Shown: positions 35,880 to 52,471 of the stretch, one piece after another | How positions within the stretch are numbered: the first letter of the stretch is position 1 | Layout of the letters: the number at the start of each line of letters is the position of its first letter | Assembly: GCF_009914755.1 (NCBI RefSeq) | Contig: NC_060943.1 | Strand: one strand, 5' to 3' | Source: the human T2T-CHM13v2.0 reference genome, Homo sapiens | Length of the DNA stretch: 64,000 nt | Notes under the pieces: model-generated | What the model was told of the DNA's origin: nothing | The model's input: the letters and a program-made list of their open reading frames with translations, nothing else | Database searches by the model: none | Position numbers and translations under genes: made by a program

Positions 35880-36070
35880 CCCGCATGGTAAGCCCTGGGC
35901 CTGACCCTAGGGATACAGGTGGACAAACAGAACTTTCTTGTAAAATTTAATTACAGAACTTGTCAGTGTTTTTACGGTCTAGTGGGGGAGACAGACTTTA
36001 ATCAAATCATCACACAAATATATATAGTTTCTAAATGTGGTTAAGTGCTACAAGGGAAATGCACTTTTAA
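35880..36070 (-). mobile_element. L2 fragment
   Basis: ctagggatacag...gtctagtgggggagacagac...aagtgcta. Confidence 0.55.
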
Positions 36071-36361
36071 AAATGCTAACACTGGGTCATGGCATGAGTG
36101 GCCCGCCCTGAAGGCATTTAATAAAGGTGGCCCAGCCCCTGGCCAGGCTGTCTTAGGGAACATTCATGTGAAAGATGAGAGTGAGATAAGAGGATCTCAG
36201 TTTCCTTCTGGTATCCAGGGTCCCTAAGCTACATTAACAGAGTTTCTAGGACAGACAGTAGCTCACCGGTTCCTGTGTCTGGGGCCCAGTTGATCAATTT
36301 GTTGTTTGTCATCTCTAAAAAGTATTGCGGCCAGCTGGAACATAAAAGTAATGAGGAAACA

Positions 36362-36666
<305 letters not shown>

Positions 36667-37786
36667 GTGATGAGGAAGCAGAAGGCTACCCATTCATTCA
36701 TTCATTCATTCATTTGTTCCTGTGTTCACGCAGCAACTCTCAGTGAGTGCTCTGTGGGATGCCAGGCAGGCTCTGCACAGTCAGAATGGCAAAGTCAGCC
36801 TTCTCTCTGGCAGATTACACACTGCCAACTGAACACACTTTTCCGGGGAACATATCCACTTAAAAGAGAGGAAAAATCAATGCTAATAGAACTCCTTATC
36901 TGGTTCCAAAAATGACATCGTCCGTAGTGGCTGATGCTTTGAGCCCATGGCTGCTCTGGAGGCATGAGCCCTGCATGGACACAATTTTGTAAGCTCCTCG
37001 AACCTGGCCAAATCAATCAATGAGAGGCTGCAGCATGGAGAGAGTCTGGGTTCCAGGGGCAAACTGTACCATTCCTCTTCTAACCTGAAACAGGACGGAG
37101 ACCCTCCCTTCAACCTCCAGCCCCTAGGGACAGGGTAATTTCAGCTGCACCTGATGTACCCTATACATCACTGTCTTCTCCACCAGCTCTCAAATTAAAC
37201 TCTGATGTATAAAGTTAAACAAAAATGAGATAAAATTTGGCAGAGGTTGAAGAGGGTCAAAGTAGTCCAAACATAAGGTAGACTATTGCTTCTTTTGATT
37301 TATGTTATTCTGTACACTGAGAAAAAAATAAAATTATAAATCTCCCCGAGACTTTCTCATTGAGAATGAGGCATTGCTAATTGATTTTCAATAGACTCCC
37401 AGGGTTTTCAGCTGGGAGGAGCACTATAGCTGTTGTTTGTAGTGAAGATGCCATGGTTCGACCTCGGACATGTACTGTGATGATGTAAAAATATCCTGCA
37501 AAATTAACATCTGCAGGCAGTGATGTTGAAAACCACCCTGCCTTACCTGGCTCATGTCACAGACCACAGTGTCTGTCCTTCCTTATTTTCTTATTTAATC
37601 CTTGCAAACCCCTAATATGTGACACACAGAATTCACTGTCCCCTTTTGGCAGTTAGGGAAACTGAGGCTTAAAGAAACCACGTGTCTTCAGTAAATATTA
37701 GCATGTCTACTAAATGGCTGGGACACAGAAGTGAACAAGACCAGTACCCTCTCCTAGAGACCTTCTTCCAGTACAAGAGACGATAA

Positions 37787-38261
<475 letters not shown>

Positions 38262-39379
38262 TGAAGGCTGCTGTGTGTAGAACTAACTCAGGGGGACAAG
38301 GGCAACATCAGAGAGACCAGTTAGTAGGCTGTGCTCATTTTCTGGACAAGATATGGTGGTGAGTTGGGCCAGGTGGTGGCAGGAGTGGTAGGTTGCAGAG
38401 CTTAGAACAATTTTGAAGATAAGGTGTCTCCAAGGGATCTGTTCCTGCTCCGTTGCTCTTTCCACAGCACGCTACCTGCAGCTTCTGCTGGTATCACTGC
38501 ACCAGACTCTGGAGCACGCTGCTTCTCTGGAGGAGGATAAAGACAGGGAGGCTATCTAGGGAGATAAGACTGCACCAGCAGGCAGCAGGGGCTTCCGAGA
38601 AGAGGGCCCCTAGTCCTGGCTGCGTATGTGCTTGTGTGTGTCACTTGGGATGTGCATAATCATCTTCAGTCTTATTTTTCCCAGGTAACTGCAAAAGGTA
38701 ATTTCCAGCTCATTTAGCTCTGTTCTTTCCCTAAGCTCCTCTAGTCTGACTTTTGTCTCTGGCACTCCTACCAAAACCACTCTGCTCAAGGCCATGATCA
38801 ATGTCTCCATTGCCTAGTCCAGGACAGTCAGAGCTGCTCTGGGACAGATACACCAGATGCATGAGTTTCCTGATAGAGCAGGATCTCAGTGGAGGCTCGA
38901 TGCCCACCTGCCTGATGCTGTGGGATGGATTTCTGCACAGATGCAACCTCTGTGGGCAGAGGCCAGGATGAGGCTTATGTGGCTGTGAAGACAGCCTTTG
39001 ATCTGTTTTCTGATGCAACCACAGTGCTGCAGGCCCTGCTTCATCTTGGAGGTTTGATGAGTGCAGACATGAGAGGTTTCTAGGTAGAGCTGAGCCCTGG
39101 GCTCTCGAGTCTCCTCTGTCTGCATATCTGCATGTGGTTGGCAAAGTGCCAGCCAACCTCAGTGCAACCCTCACCAAGTTCTCAAGGAACAGCCTCTGAA
39201 AGTCCCTCTCTATGCTGAGTTCTAGGGAAGGAAAAGGAACTCAGGGAATAGAAGAGCTGATCTGCCCAAGTCATACATTTCTTGGGGGCACAGGAGGACT
39301 ACATCTCTCATGCTCACTTGAAATTAACTGTGGCCACTCAAATTAAGGTTTACCAGATGGAACATGAGCGGGAGTGATG

Positions 39380-39648
39380 TGTTCTCTCTAAAGGCCTAAC
39401 CCATGAAAAACCTATTGGGAACACTCCCCCATGCTCTTTTCCATTCCATGAGCTGGATGCAGATGATGGCAAGGAACTAGGGTGAGGTGGAACCACAAAA
39501 CAGAGGGAGCTTGGATCCCTGAATGACCACATGGACATACACATACACCAAAGACTGTCTTGTAAGCAAGAAATAAACATCTACTGTATGGAACCTTTGC
39601 ATGGAGGGTCTATTTGTTATAGCAGCTTAGCTTACCCTGACTAATACA
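39380..39648 (+). mobile_element. MLT1-type MaLR LTR fragment
   Basis: 3' end signature aaataaac...tttgttatagcagc...ctgactaataca. Confidence 0.6.
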
Positions 39649-41819
39649 ATCCCTGCTCTCTGAGAATTTAAAATTGCTTCAAGGAGACAAGACTCACTCA
39701 TACAATTCTGGAATGGTAGTACGTGGCTTAGAAGAAGGGTGGGTTGTAAGGTTTGGACTTTCAGTTCTGAAGTCACAAGCTATAGGCCCTTGGGTATTAG
39801 ACTCTCCTATTGAAGGCCTTTTTCTGGAAAGCTGGAAGATAGACTGGGGAGAAGGCCCTTCTGGAAGAGGACACATTACAATCAAGGGTTCAAAAGTAGG
39901 GCTTGAAGCAAGCATAGATGAGATCAACAATGTTAATTCCTAGAAAATGAAAAAGGAAAATGGCCTTTAAATACCTAAGAGCTTTGACTGCTGCAGGGAT
40001 GAGACGAAGGCCAGACTTTCATAACTTCTCTCCTGTGACTTCACACACCTCAGAAGTTTTCTGGTGAGGAGCCCTGAACCTGGGTATGTGGGGAGTTGGT
40101 GTCAGCTTGCTGTTTCTCTCCCATGCCTTTTCTCCTGGCTAGGAACCCCACTTGTTGTCTGTTTTAACCAATAACTTAGCTCAGACTTGAATGCTTGATT
40201 GGAACAGCAAGTCTCCAGCTTTCTGCAGAGGTCTTTGGGGACAGGAATATGATGAAGTTTCTGAGCTGAGGATTCTAACTGAGACTTCCAGCTCTCAGCT
40301 GAACTTCAGACGTGTTCTTTACAGTCACAGCTGTGAAGCTTTTCAGGGCAAGGCCCTGAAAAGCTCAGCTTGGATCTGTCTGTCCCTACCAGGTTCTGGG
40401 GGAAGGGGGAGGAGAGCAGGCAGAACACTCCCAGTTTACAGCCCAGGGATGCTGAGTCCTGGGGCCAAAGGTGTTGCTCATCACCCTCGAGCCCTAGAAG
40501 TGGCAGGACCTCAGGAGAATTCAAAGTGGTCTTCCTCTTAGGAAAGATAAACACTTATTCCACTGGTTCTCCTCTTCCTGGACACTCCACTCCCTTCTTC
40601 GTAGACTCACACACCTCCTAACTGCACCCCAATGAATGGTGCTGCTCTGGGTCCCCCACAGACAAACATTGGGGAGCAGCCACTAAAGACTTGGGTTCTG
40701 GTTCCAACTGCTGATTTTGATTAAGGGTGTGACCTTGGCCCTCTTCATCCCCCTCTCTTCTTCCCCTGTTCATTCACAGCTGTTTTTGTTAATATTCATG
40801 GTGCATTATGTAACTATTGTTCACAGTTGAGCCAAGTAGTGTACTAGACTTGCTTGGTTGGTTTCATTCTCCTTTTGTTTTCCCTGAAGCCAATAATCAA
40901 CTCATTTTCATTTGCTTGGTGTTGTTTGCACAGATGATTAAGTTTTCCCTTACCTACCTGCAGCCTGTCAAGACAATTTTCCACAAGATTGAACAGATCA
41001 GAAAATCCACTGGGAGCAGTTTCTTCTTCTTCTTGGAGGTGTCCCCTCTGTAGGCCTCTGACGTTCCAGTTCAGTTCCCTGTTTGGGCAACAGCACAACT
41101 ATCATATGGGCTTTTCTTCACCTCCAGCTTGGAGAATTTCTTTACTTCTCTCATCCATTGGATCCACTGCTTCCTGGAGCTGATGCCTTTCCCTCCTTGG
41201 TTTCATCCCTTCTTTTGTTGGTGCACAGCCCCCAGTAGCTGTCTGCTAATGCAGGGATGACATCTGGGGGTTAAGCTAGCAGGACAAAGGAGCTTCTGCC
41301 ATTTCTCTTCTGGATAATCATCCCCCAACAAACAACAACAGCAGCAAATAAATAAAACAAGAAGAATGTGAAAGAGAAATGCAAATTTCATTTTATACAA
41401 AATAAGCAGACAGACACAACCCAGTACTGCAAAGAGTGGAAAATAGGTGGGAGAGAGTCGAAGGACCTTGTTCTGCTAGGTGTCTGCAGCAGGGCAGAAG
41501 CCGATCTACCAGGCAGAACCCCAGAGTAGCTCAGGAATCCAAGATGCCACACAAGGCAAAGTGAGGTGTGGCAGGTCACAGGTTGCAGGCCTCCATGGGG
41601 AATAGCTAGACCCCCAGGTTCCCACCCCTGAGCCTGACACCTTCCCCTGTCCTTTTGGAAGACGGGAAGAGGATCCAGGCAAGGGCCAGGGTGAACACAA
41701 ACCAAAACGAGGGGGATTGGGGGAAGTTTACTCTTGTACACAGTCCCCCAGCTCTTTTCTGTCTGGCTTATGGTCCAGGAGCAGAGGTAGGTCAGGGGTC
41801 ACCTTTTCTTTATGTCCTA

Positions 41820-43000
<1,181 letters not shown>

Positions 43001-43019
43001 GTTCTTTTAAAAAAAAATA

Positions 43020-43301
43020 CAGGGGCCTTTTGTATTCCCTAAACTGGAATGCAGTGGCATGATCATAGTTTACTGTAGCCTTGAACTCCTGGGCTCAAGG
43101 GATCCTCCCACCTCAGCCTTCCAACTAGCTGGGACTACAGGTGCATGCCATCAGGCCCAGCTAATTTTTATTTTATTTTTTGTAGAGGAGGGGACTTGCT
43201 TTGTTGCTCAGGCTGGTCCTAAACTGCTGCCCTCAAGCAATCCTCCTTCCTTGGCCTTCCGAAGGCACGAGAATTACAGGCATGAGCCGCTGTGCCTGGC
43301 C
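43020..43301 (-). mobile_element. Alu (AluJ-like, degraded)
   Basis: ctcctgggctcaagggatcctcccacctcagcc. Confidence 0.88.
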
Positions 43302-43330
43302 CATAAAGATGCAAGTTCTTTGATGAATAG

Positions 43331-43719
<389 letters not shown>

Positions 43720-44344
43720 TAGAGCAAAAGATTTTGATTGTGATCATGGACGCCATCTTCAAACTGATTCCCGTCTCCATTAATGTGCATTTATTGAGCA
43801 CCTGTAGTATACAGGTCCCTGTTGGGGGTTGAGCTTTACAAGACTGATGGAACCTGGTGCTCAGAGCATCCTCTAAGATCTTTGCCCTTCCCCAGGGGAG
43901 GAGGTGCTGGTTTAGACCCATAGCCCTGAGGGAAGTTCGGGACTTACTTAGGTTTTTCAACCCCAACTATCCTCAGCTTCAAACCAATGCCACCGAATTA
44001 CCCCCTGAGCATTCCTGTCTTACCCACCCTCCTTTGCCTAAGCCTTGTTTTCCTTCACTCAAGCATTGATCTCCTCCTTCCTTCCTGGGTTAACCTTGCC
44101 TACAATTCAAAGCTCAGCTGGGATAATCCATCAGGCCTGAAAGCTTCTCCAACCCAAAGTTTCTATCTCTCTGTCTATGGCCTTGTTTGATTATATCATC
44201 TTTTCTTCCCACCTGGTAGGGTTTTGGGGATTAAATAATATGAAGCATATAGACATGTGCAGCAAAAAGCCTATTAGAAAGTAGATTTTCCATGCAAGTT
44301 GCTACAAAATCAAATAAGTTCCCAGTTCCTGAGAACCCAAGGTT

Positions 44345-44688
44345 TGATATGGTTTGCCTGTGTCTCCACCCAAATCTCATCTTGAGTTGTAGTTCCCACA
44401 ATTCCCATGTGTCATGGGAAGGACCCAATGGGCATAGGTCTTTTCTGTGCTGTTCTCATGGTAGTGAATCTTTCTCAGGAGATCTGATGGTCTTACAAAG
44501 GGGAGTCCCCCTGCACACACTCTCTTTCCTGCTGCCACGTAAGACATGCCTTTGCTCCTCCTTGCCTTCCACTATGATTGTGAGGCCTCCCCAGCCTTCT
44601 GCCACTGTGAGTCCATTAAACTTTTTCCTTTGTAAATTACCCAGTCTCCAGTATGTTTTTATCAGCAGCATGAAAATGGACTAATACA
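44345..44688 (+). mobile_element. THE1-type MaLR solo LTR
   Basis: tgatatggttt...cccaaatctcatcttga...ggactaataca; 5-bp TSD aggtt/aagtt. Confidence 0.9.
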
Positions 44689-45803
44689 AAGTTCCCTCTA
44701 ATTCTATGTTAGAAGCCTGTTTTAGAAGGGCTTCCACGATTATTTTAATGAGAGCAAACTGGTTCATGAGTACACCGGGCAACACACGGGCACTTTCACA
44801 GGAAAGTTAAGAGCATCTTCCGCCAAAGGAGAGCCAGAGGCCAGTCAGGAAAAGGAAGGATTTCTTAATAATAGGAGGTCTTTCGCTATTCCAGTGTCCT
44901 GCCGCAAAATGATAGTACAGACCTGGCTGCTAGTCCCCTAGAGTGCCCAGTGCTTCCTTTTCTAGAACTGAGACAAATAAAAAGTAAACTCCAGTTCTGG
45001 AGTCCTGTTTTGCAGGCCCCATTCCCAAATGTCAGCTCCTAATGGGCAACAGCTGCCTCTGTGGTTTCTTCTAGGCAAGTGATTCATGTCTTTGCTCAGA
45101 AACGATAAGCAGAACAAATGTTTGCTTAGACATATAACAGAGGGACAATTGGAAAACAGGAGACTGGCAACTGGAAATAGTTTGCAGCTATTTGATCCAT
45201 GATAATTAGTCTGAATTAGTCATATGGTGCTCACTGGCCAGGCCTTTGGGCCAGAGGCAGCGTGGGGGAATAGACAGCTGGTCTTCCTGGAAAAGAAGTG
45301 CAGAAGGGAACATAGCAGACACAGAGGTTTGCTCAGAACACGTCAGATTGGCTCTTGCCCTCTCAAAGGTGACCCGTCTTGACCATCTGCCTTAGTTGCA
45401 CTCCATACCGGATCCGGGTCCCCAGCCTGGAAATGAGTGGAGAGGCAGAAACTACACACCCATGGGAGATGCCTCTAAAATCCATTAACAATTTTTTACA
45501 CACTCAGAAGTTAAAGTAAACAATAGGTTGAATTTTGTGTGTGTGCAGGTGGGAAAAAGCTTCAAAAATATCCAGACACCCACATTCATTGGATTTTAAT
45601 CTTAGGGATCATGTTAGGTATACTGACTCATTTAAGAGATATATGGACCTTGAATTTGGAACCTAAAAGTGGGACTTTTAGTGGAATTTTCAGTCTGATT
45701 ATGTTGATATAATTTAAGATCTTGTAGCCTACATTATACTTATACAGAATGTACTCCTGTGGTCATGCTCCAATACATTATTTAGCAGATCTATCATAAA
45801 TAT

Positions 45804-46030
45804 TTTTCTTTCTGTGAGAAAAGGTTTCACTCTGTCCCCCAGGCTGGAGTGCAATGGCACAATCATGGCTGACTACAGCCTCGACCTCCTGGGCTCAAGC
45901 AATCCTCCCACCTCAGTCTCCCGAGTAGCTGGGTCTACAGGTGCCCTCCACGACCACGCCCAGCTAATTTTTTTTTTTTTTTTTTTTTTTTTTTTGTAGA
46001 TACTGGGTTTCGACATGTTGCCCAGGCTCG
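45804..46030 (-). mobile_element. Truncated Alu (AluJ-like)
   Basis: Right monomer plus part of the left monomer, with an expanded central poly-T. Confidence 0.85.
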
Positions 46031-46250
46031 TTATCATGAATATTTCTATGAGAAGGGAGAAAAGTCAGATACATTCAATATTTCAGCCAAAAAAAAGAAA
46101 AGCTACATTTTTGTCAAAAACTTCTCAGACCATTTTTTGCAGAGTCAGGAGGAAAAACAAAAAGTGAAGCCCACAAACCCGACCCCCTCCTCACCTCAGA
46201 TTAGAATCTGTAATATTGGAGGCCTCTGGGAGTAGAATTTAAGTCACTAG

Positions 46251-46708
<458 letters not shown>

Positions 46709-48469
46709 CGAATTTTTCTAAATACATGATAAGAGGTTGTAAATGGGGTGACCTGCTCCTCCCTCCTTGCCCACGAGCAGTTCCAATGGGGTGTCTCTCT
46801 GCTTGGGGCTGAAGCAGATGTGGCTGCGGGAGGGGAGGTAGGAAGGTAGGAACAGGAGCCTGCAAGAGAGTGGTCTTCCTTATTGACGCAGACGACTGTT
46901 GGTTTCAATGTTCCCAGCCTCCCTTTCCTCCTTCTTCTGTTAACAACACCTTGGATTTTCTCTGAGAAAAGCACTTTTCCCATATTCTCAGTCCCTGGTG
47001 CTTGGATGGGATTAGAAAGGGCTCTTCCTCCTGCCTCCCCTGCACCCCCATTCCAGGGAGAACCTGGGGTCCAGCTCGGTCAGCCAGCATCCTCCAGCCA
47101 CCAAGGCTGGCACCAGAAGGGCTGCTGAATATTGGATGCAGGACTTGGGCCTCATCTCCAGCGATGCAAAGCAGCTTTCTCCCGTGGTTGCTGAGAGGAG
47201 GCTGCGGTCCTGGGGTGGTCCATGGGCCCTGGTTTCCTCCATGTCCAGCCCTGCTGTAACAGTTCTCACGACACAGCCGAAGCCTCTGGACCCATTGTGC
47301 TGGACCTACCCTGAGAAGGCTCAGTTGACTCTGTGCCTAATCTAGTTTGATACTTTTGTCTGGTTGTTTGCTCTTACCCCTTGCAAAAGACAGTGTCATC
47401 ACATGCACTCATCTTGGCCAAAGGCGGTGCGGGAGGAAAGGCATGGAGATGACGCCAGAATTTAGGTTCCACTTTTTGACACTGAGACCTCCCAAGGGGA
47501 ACCGCAGGCTCTCAGTGCGGAAGCCCCCTCCATAGCTCCCCTGACCTGTCCAGCACCTGCCTCCAGAGGTGAGGAGGGGCTGTGCAAGTTCCTAAAGGCA
47601 GCCACCATGGACAGGTCTCACCAGTCCCAAGTCCTTCCTCTAGGCCCCCATCCACCTCCTTGGACTGGCAGCAGTGGGTCTCAGCTCTCAGGCCCCAGAA
47701 GCCACACTGGGAGTCCTCTGTTCACTGAGAGGCAGCCTGAACCACGGAAAGGAGAGACCTGGGTCTCTCCAGCTAAATACCCCCATTCCCTCCTGCTGTG
47801 CCCATGGCTGTGGCACCAGGGCCTCCTGCCAGCAGGACCACCATGCCCTCTGTGTCCTCTGAACACCTCCACTCAGAGCTGACTCAGTTCAGCAAAGGCG
47901 GAGCATGAACTTGTGAAGAGAGACACTAAGCAGGCTGGAGTAGCTGAAACATCACTTTCCACTGCTCCCTGGGAAACGGCCAGAAAGATTCCTGCCAGGC
48001 CCGGAATCCCTGCATGCACTTGATCCCCAAGACCTCAGGACCCTCTTGCCCTCCCTCTCTGCACGACATTTGCTCTTCTCTCTGGAACCCTCTACCCTTG
48101 GGCATCTCGGAGTTGGCTTCTGCTTATGCTGTTTTTCGGATCTCAGCTTGAAGGATACTTCCTTAAGGATGACTTTCCTGCCCACACCCAGGCCAGGCCA
48201 CTCTGTTGCAAGATTTTGCACACTTATTCATTCATGTATTTAGTATTTTGGGGCGTTTGTTGTTTTTGAACAGCACTTGCTTATTCTTCCTGACTGGATG
48301 TCACCTATGGCCCCAGCTGACATTTCTGTGTCTGTCTGTCACTCTGCGGGTGTCTGTCTGTCACTCCGTGGGCTGTGTTAAGGAAAGTCTTGTACTGCAC
48401 TGTGTTCTCAGCATCCAGCATATCCACGTGGGCTCACAGTGAACAAATGAATGCATTTGTCTGATGGTT

Positions 48470-48773
48470 CTTTTTGTTCTGTTTTGTTTTGTTTTGAGAC
48501 AGAGCCTTACTCTGTCGCCCAGGCTGGAGTGCAGTGGCATAATCTCAGCATACTACAACCTCTGCCTCCTGGGTTCAAGTGATTCTCATGCCTGAGCCTC
48601 CCAAGTAGCTGGGATTACAGGTGTGCATCACCATGCCTGAATAATTATTGTATTTTTAGTAAAGACAGGGTTTCACCATGTTGGCCAGGCTGGTCTCAAA
48701 CTCCTGGCGTCAAGTGATCTGCCCACCTTGGCTTCCCAATGTGCTGGGATTACAGGCTGGAGCCACTACACCC
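48470..48773 (-). mobile_element. Alu (AluS-like)
   Basis: TSD gtctgatggttctt / gtctgatagttctt. Confidence 0.93.
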
Positions 48774-49679
48774 GTGCAGTCTGATAGTTCTTATATGCAC
48801 TTCTTACTCTCATAGTGTTTTTAAACAATTTTTAATTGATGCCTAATAGATGTTCATAGTTCTTCCATGACTTATGCTAAATCTTGCTCTTCCTGGCCTC
48901 AGATATGTGGCCAAGACTCACATCCTCCTAAAAGCCATTCCCAAATGACTTCAAAAAAAAAATAGGAGGAGGAATTCAGGAACAATCCATAACAGGCACC
49001 ACAGTGAAACGCCAGGTGCAGCAACTCTGGCAGAGGAAGGGCTGGTCTGGGAAGGTGCAGTGCTAGGGCGGGTCCCAGAATTGCTAAGCTCTGTCTCCTT
49101 GGAGAGAGGGACAGGGGATGGTGACAGCTTCAGGCCCTCTTACAACCGAGATGATTGCCCCTGGCCCCAGGATTTTGGCCGCCTTCAGGAGCAGTTGGTG
49201 CTGCAGTACGTGCTGCCTCGGGTTGGGTACTGTGAGCTGCCATCACCCTGATGCCTCCATGGGCTGAGCAGAAGACACGCCGATGTGTTTTGATTCATAG
49301 CAGGCGAGGCTATGTACATTTTACCAAGAAGCCTGAATGTAAAATGGACGGATGTTACTATCAGACACAACAGGGGGCCTACAAGTTTCTAAGTGCCTGT
49401 GCTGTAAGTCTGTCTTGAACATATAGCCCGGTTTAGCAATGGAGCTGGTGTGAACAGCTGTGTGTGTGTGTGCATGCACACATGCACCTGTCTCTTGCAC
49501 ACTGTCTCTTGGCTATGGCTACAACCATCCCCCAAGGATGAGATAGGAGCTAGCGGATGGAGCACCTGGGGGCTGGGCCAGAGCACACCTGCAGGTCCTC
49601 AGCCTCACAGGAGTAATTTCTGTGGGTCTTTCTGCTGCCTAAGTTGAGGATCTACTTGCTGGCCACTCATGCCTGTCCA

Positions 49680-50150
49680 GCTTTTAAAACAATATTTGTT
49701 TACCTTTTTCTAAGTATATAAAGTAATACATATTCATAGTAGAAAATGTAGAAAATTTAAAAATGTTTAAGAATAATGTCATCTGTAATCCCTCTACTCA
49801 GAGAAAATATATTGGTGCATTTACACCCAGTTTTTCATTAATAAATATTTTGTAACAAAATTTTTGTGACCTAGTTAGTATGACCTTATTATTTATTTAC
49901 TTCTGTATCTTGCTTAACAATATATCAAGAACAGTTTCATATCATTACTGTTCCCTGGAAATAACTTTTTACTGGCTGCATAGTATTCCATCATTTGGAT
50001 ATATTACTATTTATTTAACCCATTCTCCACCTTGGAACATTTAAGTTGTCTCAATTATCTTGCAGTAGACAGTAGATGTAAGTGAATGCTCTTATATACA
50101 GGTTTTTGTGAGTTTCTGATTGTTTCTTAGGAAAACCTTAAGACCTTTGT
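49680..50150 (-). mobile_element. Highly diverged L1ME-like fragment
   Basis: AT-rich; ctggctgcatagtattccatc...ttatttaacccattc...gaacatttaagttgt. Confidence 0.6.
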
Positions 50151-50479
50151 TGGACCAACTGGGGAAGAATTTCTTTCCTGCTCAGGCTGCTCAGCTGATA
50201 GAGTGCTGGCCTGGAGCAGCTGAAAGACACTTTGCTGCTTTCTGGAGAATGAAGCCACTGGGAAACCACATAGGAGGGAAGAGAGAGACAGCTTCTCGAT
50301 GATGTCATCTGAACACCTGGATCCTGCTGTGCCTGGACTTGCAGTCCCATTGTCTACCAATATAGTTCATTGAATTCAACTTCAGCTGGATGTCATTCAT
50401 CTGCTTCCAGAGCTTGTGTCTAATGCAGAGCTGAATGCATACTCTCAGAGTTGGAAGTGGATGCAATCCACAAATCTAG

Positions 50480-50803
<324 letters not shown>

Positions 50804-52430
50804 TCAAATTGCTTTTACAGAGGCAAGTGGCCACCGAGTCTGTGATTGGGATCCTCCTGTGGAGACCTGTGGAGACTCGTGGCTCACTACCTTTGAAGGC
50901 AGTGTTAGGGTAATCTCTCCACATTTCCCTGCCGAAAGCTCTGAGTGTTAGTAAATTCCTTCTCATATTAGCTAAAATGTATTTTCCTGTGCCTTTTATT
51001 CACTGATGGGGAATACAAGCATTCTTTTTGAGGGTGGCCAATGCTAGTAATTCCCTCCATACAGTCAGTGATGGATAGAGTTAACCCATGGTTGCTGCAT
51101 GTAGTACTGTCACTTGCTGTACCACCAGGACTCAAGTTGATGCTCAACGCAACATTCTTTTGCAGGGCCCTTGTCCTCAGTTTCCCTTCTTTTGGGGTGG
51201 GCTGAGAGAGACAGCTTATTCAGCATGAAGCTGTAGTATCTACAGTTTAGCAAATGTCTGCGGAGCCTTTAAAGCAGTTTTTATCATAATAAAAATATTT
51301 TAACTTATAACCCCAGAAAGAGATAGGCATGGGAGTCTTTATACAGCACAGAAATCCAGATGAGCATAATTTGAAAGTCATTTGAATTGTAATGAGTATT
51401 TTTAATGTAAACAGGCAGGAGGAAAAACTTGCTGGGTTCTCATGTAGCACAGACACCCAGATATATGTCTTTTGATAGTGATATTAAAGTGTCAAGGGTG
51501 CACAGGAGGCTGCAGATGTCAGCGGCATGAATGGGCAAGGCAATTTCTGTGGTTGCAGGCTGGAGGTTCCAGCAGGAATAGAAAGGCAATCTCTGTGCTA
51601 GATGGCCCAGGGTCACTGCAAGTCTAGCTCCTAAATGAAAATCAGGGACAAGATGTGGCCTGTAACCACAGTCACTGCTCTTCGTAAGGCTGGTGGAAAG
51701 GTGAACTGGAAAGGTTTTTAGGGTTAGGGAGATACAGGAACTCCCAAACATCAGGCACCTGATAGCACTCTCCACCTAACATCTGCATTTATATTGACCT
51801 AATGCATCTGTTCAATTTGTCTCATTCTTTGTGCTCACACACATTTATTTGAAACAAAACTTTCCATCATTACTATAGGTGAAAATCCTTGATCACTTGC
51901 CTTGAATACAAGAAACCATTATTAAATGCAAGCTAGATAATTTTGCTTGTCTTACAGCCATGAGCCTTAAGTCTGTTCCCCCCCCCCCCCGCCTTTTTTT
52001 TTTTTGTTAAAAAGATGAGCAAAATGTGAGAATGATGCAAAAGAGATCCTGGTACCAAAAGAAGCCTTCTAACTGGATATCATCAGAGGGACAGAAAGAA
52101 TTAAAGTATGGACAAATTTCTCAAAGTGGTATTACTGTTATTTAATTAGTTGTCCATGTGCTACCTAAAACCTTTCAACTACATCTTTTATGAAGTATCC
52201 CATATGGACAGAGTCAAATTCCCTCATTTAACAGATGGAAAGTTTGAGGGCCAGAGAGGGGAAGGGGCCCTGCTGAGGTTCCAACAGCTTTCTGATGCCT
52301 TGTTCCATGCTTTGCCTTATTTCTGCTGTCCACCTCATCAGCTCTTAAGTGAATGTTGTGGTCCCTAATTGTGGGATTGCAGTGTGTCCAGTCAGGGCAG
52401 CCTCTTCACTTTCCTGGAGGAAAAGGCAGT

Positions 52431-52471
52431 GTGATCTCTCACTGGGTGATCTCTCACTAGGGTGATCTCTC
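52431..52471. repeat. Short tandem repeat, ~15-16 bp unit GTGATCTCTCACT(A)GG, 2.6 copies
   Basis: Direct reading. Confidence 0.85.

Noticed and set aside
52431-52471. CRISPR-like palindromic repeats
   Set aside because: Eukaryotic context, no spacers, and the units are too short.
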